A stretch of 43,047 nucleotides of DNA from an uncultured delta proteobacterium (GTDB lineage Bacteria > Desulfobacterota > Binatia > UBA9968). Location of the stretch: the NCBI GenBank assembly GCA_963737905.1, contig CAVTUQ010000033.1:1-43047 (forward strand), read 5' to 3'. Every line of letters starts with the position of its first letter. Within the stretch, counting starts at the first letter, position 1. Positions 8,955 to 18,200 of this stretch are shown piece by piece. The notes beneath the pieces were generated by a model. The model was given only the letters and a program-made list of their open reading frames with translations. It did not search any database and was not told where the DNA came from. The position numbers and the translations under genes are program-made.

Positions 8955-9351
8955 GTGACGGGCAAGGCTTTCAACTAGGCCCGTCTCCACAGGATCGGAG
9001 CCAGCGCCCGCCATAACGATGGGAATCGTCTTGGTCGCATTCTTGGCCGCCAGGATCAGCCTGTCCCCTCCTGATACCAAGATGATATCAACCTTCAGAC
9101 GCACCAGTTCGGCCGCAAGCTCAGGGAACCGATCTGACCTTACCCTCCGAATATCGGTACTCGATGGCGATGTTCTGTCCTTCTATATAGCCACGCTCGC
9201 GCAGAGCCTGCCGATCGCCTCGGAACGGGTGGACTCAGTAGCTGGATCGAACCCCTATCCGTGGGATTTGTTTCGGCTGCTGCGCCTCGGCGGAAATGCT
9301 AAGTGCTAAGAGCATAGCGCAAAGAGCAAGGCGAATGTCTTTTTGAGTCAT
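8955..9351 (-). pseudogene. ABC_sub_bind substrate-binding protein, 5' half only, frameshifted, copy 2
   Basis: Signal peptide ...AEAQQPKQIPRIG, then LVRLKVDIILVSGGDRLILAAKNATKTIPIVMAGAGSDPVETGLVESLAR; truncated just before TIR element C. Confidence 0.8.
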
Positions 9352-9506
9352 GAGATTTGTCTCCCTCAATTCCCTTCTTGCCGCGTTGGGCCTTCACCCT
9401 AACCCAACAGGGGAAGGAAACGACGAAGGGTGAACGGTTATTGACGGTCCACTCAAATCGGGCTCAGGATAGTACCGAGCCTTTTGCTGTGTCAATTCTT
9501 CGATCG

Positions 9507-9550
9507 TTTCGGGTTTCGCGTCAACTCTTAGACTCGAAACCGGAGACCCA
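9507..9550. repeat. Short REP-like imperfect palindrome of GTTTCG(G) units
   Basis: GTTTCGGGTTTCG...ACTCGAAACCGGAGAC. Confidence 0.4.
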
Positions 9551-9627
9551 AGGCTGCTGTCGTGCTGCGGAGGTAACTTTATAATGTCCTTACCCTATGT
9601 TACTTTGAGTGTCACACAGGACTGAAA

Positions 9628-9939
9628 ATGAAAACAAACGGCAATCTAACACGGCAACAGATTCTAAGGTCCCTAAAGGACGGTCAGGAAATCCTACTGA
9701 AATACAAGGTTAGGAGAATAGGCTTATTCGGCTCCTATGCCACGGGCAAGCAGACGCCGAGAAGTGACATTGATTTTCTGGTCGACTTTGAAGAGCCAAC
9801 ATTTGATAATTTTATGGGATTGAATTCCCATCTTGAACGGTTATTCAGAAAGAAAATCGACCTCATTACCGACGTCAGTCTCAGCCCCTACATCAAACCA
9901 TACGTCGAGAAGCAGGTCCGGTGGCATGAAGTCGAATGA
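9628..9939 (+). CDS. mntA: Minimal nucleotidyltransferase antitoxin (MNT)
   Basis: IGLFGSYATGKQTPRSDIDFLV (GS-X10-DXD); overlaps the downstream HEPN gene. Confidence 0.9.
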   Translation: MKTNGNLTRQQILRSLKDGQEILLKYKVRRIGLFGSYATGKQTPRSDIDFLVDFEEPTFDNFMGLNSHLERLFRKKIDLITDVSLSPYIKPYVEKQVRWHEVE

Positions 9940-10261
9940 AGTATTTCTCCGCCATGTGTTAGATGAAATCACTTTTTTATTGGAGCATACCCGGGGGCTG
10001 AGTTTCGATGACTTCACGGAAGGTGCCGTACTAAAACGCGCCTGTGCGCGAAGTTTTGAGATTATGGGTGAAGCTGTGAAAAACATTTCCAGTGATTTCA
10101 AACGAAAACGCAAGGAAATTGACTGGAAAAACATCGCAGGCATGAGAGATAAACTAATCCACCAGTACTTTGGCGTAAACTGGAATATCTTGTGGGACGT
10201 AATAAAGGAGAAACTGCCAGGCCTCAAGGTTCAGCTTGAGAAGATTTTAGAAAGAAAATAG
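9926..10261 (+). CDS. hepT: HepT-like ribonuclease toxin (DUF86, HEPN)
   Basis: FEIMGEAVKNIS and IAGMRDKLIHQYFGVN (R-X4-H-X-Y). Confidence 0.9.
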   Translation: MKSNEVFLRHVLDEITFLLEHTRGLSFDDFTEGAVLKRACARSFEIMGEAVKNISSDFKRKRKEIDWKNIAGMRDKLIHQYFGVNWNILWDVIKEKLPGLKVQLEKILERK

Positions 10262-10305
10262 GTTCCCAACCCATTTTTTCCCTTTCTTGCCTGATGCCTG
10301 TTTCA

Positions 10306-10368
10306 GCCGAATCCGCCAAAGGACGGATCAGCCCCAAATTGAATGGCTGAGGTTGATCCGCCTCAGGC
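10306..10368. repeat. REP-like palindromic repeat (TCCGCC/GGATCAGCC family)
   Basis: ATCCGCCAAAGGACGGAT and GGATCAGCC...GGTTGATCC hairpins between convergent genes. Confidence 0.45.
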
Positions 10369-10378
10369 CGAGTCTTCT

Positions 10379-10482
10379 TCACTTGATCAATTTGGTCGCC
10401 CGCGCGAGCACGTCGGGCGGAATTGTCAGACCGATCTGTTTTGCCGCCTTCAAGTTGATCACGAATTCGAACTTCGTCGCCT
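10379..10482 (-). pseudogene. ABC_sub_bind substrate-binding protein, 3' tail fragment, copy 3
   Basis: Minus strand [34 protein letters not shown]. Confidence 0.8.
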
Positions 10483-10635
10483 GATTGATCAGCAACCAGA
10501 CGGGCTGCATTAGTCACTGATTATTGCAAAACTTTTCTCGAGCTATCCGTGAAGTGTCCGTCTCTCTATTTGTCTGAAGAAAACTATTCGTACGCCCACC
10601 CCTCGAAAAAGGTTAAAAGAACAAAGAGCAAAGGG

Positions 10636-11415
10636 TTATTCGATATCCTGGACAAGACGAAAGCCAATGAGCTGGCTGCGGTAGTCGGCGCCGATCCAGC
10701 CCCGGAACGAAGCGCGCAAGAACTCCGGTCTGGCGCCCCAGGAACCACCGCGCACCACCCGCAGGTCGCAATAACCACCGCCTGTCTCTTTCCACGCTGA
10801 CCCGTCCTCTGGCGCACCGTTGTAGTTGCCATGGTAGCAATCCTCTACCCACTCCCACACATTACCCGCCGTGTCGTACAAACCGAACGGATTTGGCTTC
10901 AATGATCCCACGGGCGCGGTCTGTTTACCATCCCATTGACTACCGCAACCATCACAGTTCGCCATCCCCTTTAAGAAATCCTTGCCCCACCAATAGGTAG
11001 TTTCCTTCCCCCCTCGCGCTGCATATTCCCATTCGGCTTCGGTGGGTAAGCGGTAACGCTTGCCGGTCTGTTCAGACAACCACTTGGTATACTCCACAGC
11101 ATCTTGCCACGACACGTTGATCACCGGTCGGCGACCTCTACCCCAACCTCGATCATCGGGTAATTTACGCTTCGTGACTGTTGCAAATTGATCGTACTCA
11201 TCAAAAGTCACTTCGTATCGGCCAATGGCGAAGGGTTTCTGGATTCTTACTATGCGAACCGGAACCTCGTCTTCGTCGCCTTCGCCCTGAAGATCACCCA
11301 TCCGAAAGGAACCTGCCGGGATCACTACAATTCCAAGTCCCTCTGTTGGTGCACGCTGGATCTTGCTCGCACACCCAAGAAGTGACACAAGCATCACAAG
11401 CAAACTGATGCGCAT
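10636..11415 (-). CDS. Formylglycine-generating enzyme (SUMF1/EgtB/PvdO) domain lipoprotein
   Basis: Lipobox LLGC; FAIGRYEVTFDEY, PVINVSWQDA, RLPTEAEWEYAARGG, NPFGLYDTAGNVWEW, RGGSW, GFRL. Confidence 0.9.
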   Translation of the reverse strand: MRISLLVMLVSLLGCASKIQRAPTEGLGIVVIPAGSFRMGDLQGEGDEDEVPVRIVRIQKPFAIGRYEVTFDEYDQFATVTKRKLPDDRGWGRGRRPVINVSWQDAVEYTKWLSEQTGKRYRLPTEAEWEYAARGGKETTYWWGKDFLKGMANCDGCGSQWDGKQTAPVGSLKPNPFGLYDTAGNVWEWVEDCYHGNYNGAPEDGSAWKETGGGYCDLRVVRGGSWGARPEFLRASFRGWIGADYRSQLIGFRLVQDIE

Positions 11416-11514
11416 AGCTAGGTCATTGCTCCACCCTCGTTGACGCTGCCAATTTGGTAGCCTACCGCAGCCTATTTCGTCCGCTAGAGCACCGCCCAAA
11501 TTCCTTAATGTGAT

Positions 11515-11587
11515 TAGGATTAAACTGAACGGACACCTCAGCCAAATTTCGTCGGATCGAGTCGTCGCAGAATTCAGTTCAATCCTG
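11515..11587. repeat. ~72-bp TIR element, copy D (best preserved ends)
   Basis: AGGATTAAACTGAA ... TTCAGTTCAATCCT, a 13/14 terminal inverted repeat. Confidence 0.75.
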
Positions 11588-11611
11588 GCTTCCCCGCGTG
11601 GTTTTCTTCCA

Positions 11612-12160
11612 TCATCGGATCACCCTATCCGCTCTCGCCAACACGTTGGGTGGAATCGTGAGGCCGATCTGTTTAGCGGTCTTGAGGTTTATCACCAGCT
11701 CGAACTTCGTCGGCTGCTCTACTGGGAGATCGGCCGGCTTCGTGCCTTTCAATATCTTGTTCACATAGTTAGCGGCGCGTCTGTTCTGATCTATACGGTC
11801 CGGCCCGTAGTACATCAAACCACCAGCATCCACAAACGGCCTCACTGCGTATACCGCCGGCAGCTTATACCTGAGCGCGAGATCTATAATCCGTGTTCCG
11901 TGAGCTATAGTGAAGGGATCATCGAGGGTAAGCAGCCCCTCCGCGCGAACCTTGATGGCGGCTTTGAAGGCATCGTCGAACCCATTTGGATCTCGAACTC
12001 GGAAGGTATGCACGCGGAATCCCTCGATATCGACTTCTGGAGCTTTCTCGGCGCGTAAGTAACCTATCCTGGGGATGTTCTTCATGTGCTGCGCCTGAGC
12101 GAGAGAAACGGTAAGCAGAAAAACAGTAAGCAGTGAGCAGATAACAATCTTGCTGGTCAT
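11612..12160 (-). pseudogene. ABC_sub_bind substrate-binding protein with a large in-frame internal deletion, copy 4
   Basis: 182 aa ORF joins ...PRIGYL...IEGFR directly to VHTFRVRDPNGFDDAF; the central RELGY-to-GKRLELL region is absent; C-terminal [19 protein letters not shown] intact. Confidence 0.8.
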
Positions 12161-12207
12161 TGGTTGAGCTCCGTTTTTAGCTGCTCACTGCTCACCGTTT
12201 ACTGCTT
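12113..12207. repeat. Heptamer (CTGCTCA/CTGCTTA) inverted repeat spanning the start codon of SBP copy 4
   Basis: Arms 12113-12140 AAGCAGAAAAACAGTAAGCAGTGAGCAG and 12181-12207 CTGCTCACTGCTCACCGTTTACTGCTT. Confidence 0.7.
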
Positions 12208-12211
12208 GCTG

Positions 12212-13221
12212 TCACTTAATGATTTTCGTCGCCCGCGCGAACAAGTCCGGCGGAATTGTCAGGCCAATTTGCTTGGCGGTTTTAACATTGATCACCAGCT
12301 GGAACTTGGTGGGCTGCTCCACCGGCAGATCGGCAGGCTTGGCTCCCTTGAGGATCTCTGTCCACGTAATATGCAACGCGCCGGTAGCTGTCCGCTTGGT
12401 CTGCCCCATAGGACATGAGCCCGCCGGCATCTACAGCTTCGTTATGCTGCTGTACATCGACGGTAACCGGCTCTTTAACGCAAAGTCCACGATCCGTTTT
12501 CGGTTGGGACGCATTAACGGACCGCCGCCGGGACATAGAGTCCATCCGGGCGCTGCTTGTTCAGCGCAGCGAATACCTTTTCGAAATCGTCCGCTGCCTC
12601 GTACCTCCCATGGTTGAATAGTCAACTTCAGCGCGCGCGCCGCGACCGGGAGAACCTCTTTCACATCGAGTACACTGTCCCGGGACGGTCGGATCGTAGA
12701 GAACCGCGACACGGGAAAGTTTGGGGACCGCTTCTTTGAGCAGCTCCAGCCGCTTTCCGCCTAGCTCTCTGGTAAGGGTTGTAATGCCGGTGACGTTGCC
12801 GCCGGGACGGGCAAGACTTTCAACTGAGGCCTGCCGCGACAGGATCGGACCCGGCGCCCGTCTATGACGATGGGAATCGTCTTGGTTGCATTCTTGGCCG
12901 CCCGGATCGCTATATCTCCTCCAGCTACCACGATGATATCGACCTTGAGACGCACCAGCTCAGCCGCAAGATCGGGGAGCCGATCGAGCTTCTTCCTTCC
13001 GCATATCGGTACTCGATAGCGATGTTCTGTCCTTCTATGTAGCCAAGCTCGCGCAGAGCGAGCCGAATTGCCTCGAAACGCGGGCGGAGTCAGTAGCTGG
13101 ATCGGACGACGATAGATACCCTATCCGGATGGACTTTCTTGGGCTGCTGCGCATCGGCTATAACCGCGACAGCAAGCAACACCACTACGACAAGCATTGA
13201 TGACACCGCAGCCTTCTTCAT
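12212..13221 (-). pseudogene. ABC_sub_bind substrate-binding protein, full length but multiply frameshifted, copy 5
   Basis: MKKAAVSS start; LKVDIIVVAGGDIAIRAAKNATKTIPIV; KRIVDFALKSRLPSMY; [22 protein letters not shown]...ARATKIIK*. Confidence 0.85.
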
Positions 13222-13326
13222 TGCACACCTCATTTCGAACGTTATCTATCACGCGGATAGAGATAAAGGAAAGTGTGATTTAAACGGTGGAAGGCGATAG
13301 GCATTAATTGAGTGGGAAGGCCATGG

Positions 13327-13368
13327 TTTCAAAACCAAGCTGGACATTTTCTCCTGCTTGGGGTAATC
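13327..13368 (+). repeat. 42-bp promoter-like repeat, copy 2
   Basis: TTTCAAAACCAAGCTGGACATTTTCTCCTGCTTGGGGTAATC, 39/42 identical to 4784-4825. Confidence 0.75.
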
Positions 13369-13400
13369 GGTCGTAAACCAATTGGGAAAATGAGCGAACC

Positions 13401-14396
13401 ATGACACGGTGGACGATCCTAATCTCTCTGATAGCTTTGGTGCTATTTCCTTCGGCTTCATCGTCGGGAGCGGAGACGCCGCTGAAGACGATCAACGTGG
13501 CCGTGCCCGCGGTATCGCTGCTGCAAGCGCCGCTCTTCGTTGCCATCGACGCCGGGGCATTCAAGAAATATGGCATGGATGTTCGGTACGTCCTTACAGG
13601 CGCCCGAACTATCCAGGCGCTGGTCGGTGGCTCGGTCCAATTCGCCCAGGGTGTTTCCAGCCGGACAGTTCCCTCCGCGGTTCTCGGAGGAGCGGACGCG
13701 ATATTGATCGCAAACTTCGTCGACAAGTTCCTGTTCACGATGCACAGCGCGCCCGAAATCAATTCCATGCAAGATCTCAAGGGGAAAGTCGTCGGCGTCT
13801 CCGGTATCGGCGGCAGCACCGACTTCGCTACCCGCGTGGCCCTGCGCGAAGTGGGACTCATTCCCGACAAGGACGTAGCGATTCGCGGCGTGGGCGGAGT
13901 CGCTGAGACTGTAGCCGCTATGAAGGCGAAGGTCGTCCATGCGGGCACGCTCTCGCCGCCTTCCTCGTTCGTGGCACAGAAAGCAGGGTTCAAGATGTTG
14001 TTCGACATGGCGAGCTTGGGCGTCGACTATGTCTCCTCGGGCCTCGGGGTCAAAAAGGCGTCGATCGTCTCCAACCGGCTAGAGGCGAAACAGTTTCTCA
14101 TGGCGATGATCGAGGGGGCAAAGATTCTCAAAACGGACGAAGAGTTTTCGCTGCGCGTGCTGACCAAACATACTCGAATCTCTGACCGCGAGCTGCTGAG
14201 ACAAAGCTACAACTACGTGAAACCTCATTTTCTTAAGGTTCCCTATCCGTCCCCCAGGTCGATTCAGGACACTCTGGATATCCTTGCTAAAGATATCCCC
14301 AAAGCCAAAGACGCCGACCTCAGGGATTTCATCGACAACTCGATCCTCAAAGAGATCGAGGCAAGCGGATATATCGAGAGTGTTTATGGCAAATAG
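13401..14396 (+). CDS. NMT1/SsuA/TauA-type ABC substrate-binding protein
   Basis: Signal peptide; APLFVAIDAGAFKKYGMDV, DLKGKVVGVSGIGGSTD, FIDNSILKEIEASGYIESVY. Confidence 0.85.
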   Translation: MTRWTILISLIALVLFPSASSSGAETPLKTINVAVPAVSLLQAPLFVAIDAGAFKKYGMDVRYVLTGARTIQALVGGSVQFAQGVSSRTVPSAVLGGADAILIANFVDKFLFTMHSAPEINSMQDLKGKVVGVSGIGGSTDFATRVALREVGLIPDKDVAIRGVGGVAETVAAMKAKVVHAGTLSPPSSFVAQKAGFKMLFDMASLGVDYVSSGLGVKKASIVSNRLEAKQFLMAMIEGAKILKTDEEFSLRVLTKHTRISDRELLRQSYNYVKPHFLKVPYPSPRSIQDTLDILAKDIPKAKDADLRDFIDNSILKEIEASGYIESVYGK

Positions 14397-15546
14397 AATG
14401 GAATACCGATTCATCTCCGCTGACGACCACATCGACTTGCGCTGGCTGCCCAAAGACCTGTGGACAGAGCGGCTGCCGGCCCGGTTGCGGGAACACGGCC
14501 CGCGCGTGGTGGAAAATGAAAAGGGCGCCTACTGGACTTGGGAAGGTCAGACCTTTAGCCCGCATGGTTACTACACTGCCGCGCAGGGTAGCGGCGCCAT
14601 GTGGGCGATCGAGCGCGGCGGGGTGATGCGCGAGGGCGAGCTGCGTCCGACCACGGCCGAGCTTCGCCTGACCGATATGGATCGCGACGGCGCTGAGGCT
14701 TCCGTCATGTATGGTCCGACGGACCCGATGTCGATCGCCGACCGGGAGCTCAGGCGTTGTTGCTACGAAGCCTATAACGACTGGTTGATCGACTTCTGCA
14801 TGGCAAAGCCTGATCGCTTGATCGGCGTCCCTCAGCTTTCGATGGAGGACCCTGAGTTCGCCCGCGATGAGCTCGATCGTCTCGCCAAGCGAGGCGGGCT
14901 ACGTCATGTCAACATTCTCGCCTCCCGCGCCAACCCGCCCGTCTACGACGACGCGTGGGAACCCTTCTGGGCGCTGGCTGAGGAAGTAGATATCCCGATC
15001 GGTTTCCACCTCGCGGTCCTGGTAAAAAAGACACGCCTCGTTGAAGGCAATCGAGATGCGGCGAATCTTGCGGTTTCCGTGGCGTCCCGCTTTGCGCAAG
15101 AGCCGCCGGGGATTCAACTGCTCGAGCCGATGACGGGCCTCATTTTCACGGGCGTCTTAGACCGCCATCCGCGCCTCAAGATCGTGATGGCCGAGGCCGG
15201 ACTCGCTTGGATACCGAGCATGATCCAGGGTCTCGACATTTGGTATCAACGCACTAGAGACGGCCGCAGACTCACCGGTGATGGTCCTATAACTCTACCT
15301 AAGCTGCTCCCGAGCGAATATTTCCACCGCCAGATTTGGATCAGCTTCGTTGACGACCCCATCGGCGTCAAGATGGTGGGCGGCATCCTTGACGTAGACA
15401 AGGTGATGTTTGGATCCGACTACCCCCATCCCGCGAGCACCTGGCCTCATTCCCAGCAGATCATCGAACAGCAGTGGCAAGGCATCTCCGCTGATGTCAG
15501 GCAAAAGATCTCTCGCGACAACGCTCGCGCGCTGTTTGGAATTTAG
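14386..15546 (+). CDS. Amidohydrolase_2 family protein
   Basis: ISADDH, RLTDMDRDG, AYNDWL, PIGFH, MAEAGLAW, MFGSDYPHPASTWP; start may be 14398. Confidence 0.9.
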   Translation: MANRMEYRFISADDHIDLRWLPKDLWTERLPARLREHGPRVVENEKGAYWTWEGQTFSPHGYYTAAQGSGAMWAIERGGVMREGELRPTTAELRLTDMDRDGAEASVMYGPTDPMSIADRELRRCCYEAYNDWLIDFCMAKPDRLIGVPQLSMEDPEFARDELDRLAKRGGLRHVNILASRANPPVYDDAWEPFWALAEEVDIPIGFHLAVLVKKTRLVEGNRDAANLAVSVASRFAQEPPGIQLLEPMTGLIFTGVLDRHPRLKIVMAEAGLAWIPSMIQGLDIWYQRTRDGRRLTGDGPITLPKLLPSEYFHRQIWISFVDDPIGVKMVGGILDVDKVMFGSDYPHPASTWPHSQQIIEQQWQGISADVRQKISRDNARALFGI

Positions 15547-15591
15547 CTGAATGTTCTACCTGGCACGCCGCTCCTAACTCAGCAAAGGGAA

Positions 15592-16806
15592 TCAGCGCGT
15601 TAAGTTCTTACCTTTAGCAGGCCTAAATAAGAGAATCATGACCACGGCCGCCAAAAGTGGGAAGACTGAGATCCCGAGCAGCGCTACGGGTAGGCCGTAG
15701 GCATCGGCGATCAGACCGGCCATAAGCGGGGCGAGAAAAGAGACGCCCATGTTGGCGCCGTAGATCACCGCCACGATACTGCCGGTGAGATTTTGCGGCG
15801 CCGCTTCCATTGCTGCTGTAACAACCACCGGACGAAGCGCCCAGAGAAGCGCGCCGAGAGCGGCGAGCGCTACGGGCAAGAGCGGGCCGGAGCCGAGATA
15901 AGGAATGCCAACGATGACAACGGCGCTCGAGACCGAGAACGCAGCGATCAGGCTTCTGTGGCCGAAACGATCGGAAATCCAGCCGACAAAGACCGGCGCC
16001 ACCCCGGCGAAGAAATAGAGTAACGACATGTAGGCTCCCGCAATGCCGGCGGAGAGTTTTAGATGCAACGATAAATAAAGCGGCAGGAACGCGCTCAGCG
16101 CCGTTTGCCCCATAGCGCGGAACGTTGAAACCGCCACCAGACTGAAGACGGTTTTATTCTTGAGCACATCTTCCCAAAGAGCGCGGCGATAATCCCGCCG
16201 CTGGGGGGCCGCAACACCATCTTCGGCACCGAGCAGCGCGTAAAGGAGCCCGATGGCTAGGCCCGGAATGGCCCAGATCTGGAGCGCGGTACGCCAGTCG
16301 ACAAACGTGATCAAAAGACCCAGCGCGAGGGGTCCAATGACTTCTCCTAGATTTGCGCTGCTATCATGCACGCCTAACGCAAAGGCGCGCTTTTCCCGAT
16401 ATGCGGCGGACAGAATCGCCAGCGACTGCGGGTGAAAACCTCCCGACCCGGCCCCGCCTAGTGCCATGAAGATCAGCAAAGCAAAAAAACTCCACGCCGC
16501 GCTCAGGCCCAGACAGCTTAGGCCGATCATCCCCAGGCACATCCCTAAAAAAAGATTTCGCCGGCTTGCGAAATCGGCAAAAAATCCCGAGGGAAAGCTG
16601 GCCGCACCCGCCATTAACGTGCGCGCGGAAGCGAGCGCGCCGGCTTGCGCCAGGCTCAAGCCCAACGACGTGGTAATGAGCGGCAAAATCACTGCGATAA
16701 CACCGTTAAAGAGATGTTCGACCATATGGGCCGTGGAATTGGCCGCCAGTCGGCCCCAAGCGGAAAAAGGCGTTACAAGTGTTTGTGTGCTGTCGACTTT
16801 TGCCAA
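15592..16806 (-). CDS. MFS transporter
   Basis: 404 aa with about 12 hydrophobic segments; GWISDRFGHR motif A; GGFHP. Confidence 0.85.
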   Translation of the reverse strand: MAKVDSTQTLVTPFSAWGRLAANSTAHMVEHLFNGVIAVILPLITTSLGLSLAQAGALASARTLMAGAASFPSGFFADFASRRNLFLGMCLGMIGLSCLGLSAAWSFFALLIFMALGGAGSGGFHPQSLAILSAAYREKRAFALGVHDSSANLGEVIGPLALGLLITFVDWRTALQIWAIPGLAIGLLYALLGAEDGVAAPQRRDYRRALWEDVLKNKTVFSLVAVSTFRAMGQTALSAFLPLYLSLHLKLSAGIAGAYMSLLYFFAGVAPVFVGWISDRFGHRSLIAAFSVSSAVVIVGIPYLGSGPLLPVALAALGALLWALRPVVVTAAMEAAPQNLTGSIVAVIYGANMGVSFLAPLMAGLIADAYGLPVALLGISVFPLLAAVVMILLFRPAKGKNLTR

Positions 16807-17002
16807 TGGTTTCTCCTGCTAATCACTAAGCCTGTTGCAAATTAGCTGAAGCAGCGCACCGGCGTCAAGGCGATCGAGCTTTATCGAGCGGGACCTCGAT
16901 CTATTTTCCGGTGCGTGCTAATTTCAGATCTCTTTGCGGTTTTCGCTTCGTCTCTAATCCGACAGGCTTGGCAAAGAAACCTTTCATTGAATCATCGATC
17001 CG

Positions 17003-18184
17003 ATGCCAGCGGGAAAATCCCAGTCGTTGTGGACATCTACGTTTGCGTTACTCTGTTGCGCGCAGTTTTTCGGCTCGGCGCAACATGCGCTGCTGCAACC
17101 GACTTTTCCCCTTTACATCACCGCGTTGGGGGGCACACCGTTCAAAGTGGGACTCGTGCTCGCTTGCTTCGCGCTGACGAGCGTGGTGTTCCGGCCGCTC
17201 ATCGGCGGCTGGGCGGACCGGTGGTCGGAAGCGGGTGTCCTGATCTGTGGGCTGCTTTTGTTGTCCGCCGCGGTGATTTTCTGCTTCATCCCTTTCGCCG
17301 AAGCAACCATGTTCGCTAACGCCTTGCGCGGGCTCGGTTGGGCTGGAATGAGTGCTGCCGGCTATTCGCTGTTGGCCCTTAGCGCCCCGGCGGAACGGCG
17401 CGGAGAAGCCTCGGGTTTTTATAGTGGCGTCCAAGCCAGCGGTACGATTTTATTGCCCGCCGTCGCGCTCTGGCTCATCTATGCTCCGCTCGGCGGTTTT
17501 CGTGTAGTTTTTTTCGTTGGCATTGTATTGGCTGCAACGGGCGCGGGAGCGGGCGCTCTGCTTTGGCGCCGCGCGCCGGAACCGGCCCACAGCCGGCATG
17601 CGGGCTCCTCGAGTCCATGGTGGCGGGAAATTTTGAATGTTCTCGACCGAGAAATTATCCTAGCGTCCGTGCTTTCATTTAGTTCTCATGTCACTTTCCC
17701 GGCAGTGGCGAGTTTTCTGGTGCTTTACGCGCGGGAAATCCGTATCGAAAACATCGGCTGGTTTTATGTCGCCTCGGGCACGACGAGTCTTCTCGCTCGT
17801 CCTGTGTTAGGGAAAGTGTCCGACCGGATCGGCCGGAGGCGAGCCTTGCTCGCCTGCTTTATGTTTCAAGCCGTCGCTCTGATGGCGTTGGCTTTCGCTT
17901 CCAACCTCATCGGTTTGATTGTTCCCGGCATGCTCTACATGGTGGGGTTGGCGATGGCTAGCGCAACGACCCTCGCGATCGCGATGGAACAGGCGAAACC
18001 CGAACGAAGAGGTAGAGCCATGGCCACGTTTTCTGTTGCCCTTCCCCTCAGCAACGGTGTCGGCGCGCTAATCTGTGGCAGCTTGGTTGAGTGGGTTGGT
18101 TATTTTTGGATGTATCTCGTACTTGCCTGCATCGCGGGCGGTGGTCTCACCGTAACCATCGTGAACCGTGTGCACTTGAAATAA
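17003..18184 (+). CDS. MFS transporter
   Basis: 393 aa hydrophobic; GGWADRW, GKVSDRIGRR and PAERRGEA motifs. Confidence 0.9.
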   Translation: MPAGKSQSLWTSTFALLCCAQFFGSAQHALLQPTFPLYITALGGTPFKVGLVLACFALTSVVFRPLIGGWADRWSEAGVLICGLLLLSAAVIFCFIPFAEATMFANALRGLGWAGMSAAGYSLLALSAPAERRGEASGFYSGVQASGTILLPAVALWLIYAPLGGFRVVFFVGIVLAATGAGAGALLWRRAPEPAHSRHAGSSSPWWREILNVLDREIILASVLSFSSHVTFPAVASFLVLYAREIRIENIGWFYVASGTTSLLARPVLGKVSDRIGRRRALLACFMFQAVALMALAFASNLIGLIVPGMLYMVGLAMASATTLAIAMEQAKPERRGRAMATFSVALPLSNGVGALICGSLVEWVGYFWMYLVLACIAGGGLTVTIVNRVHLK

Positions 18185-18200
18185 AAACCGTTAGCAGGCA

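Noticed and set aside
8955-10482. MNT-HEPN pair as a simple insertion splitting one SBP gene
   Set aside because: On the minus strand the 3' tail lies upstream of the 5' half, so the fragments come from different copies
6972-11587. 72-bp TIR elements as canonical attC sites or CRISPR repeats
   Set aside because: They lack RYYYAAC/GTTRRRY ends and are separated by 0.7-2.6 kb of genes
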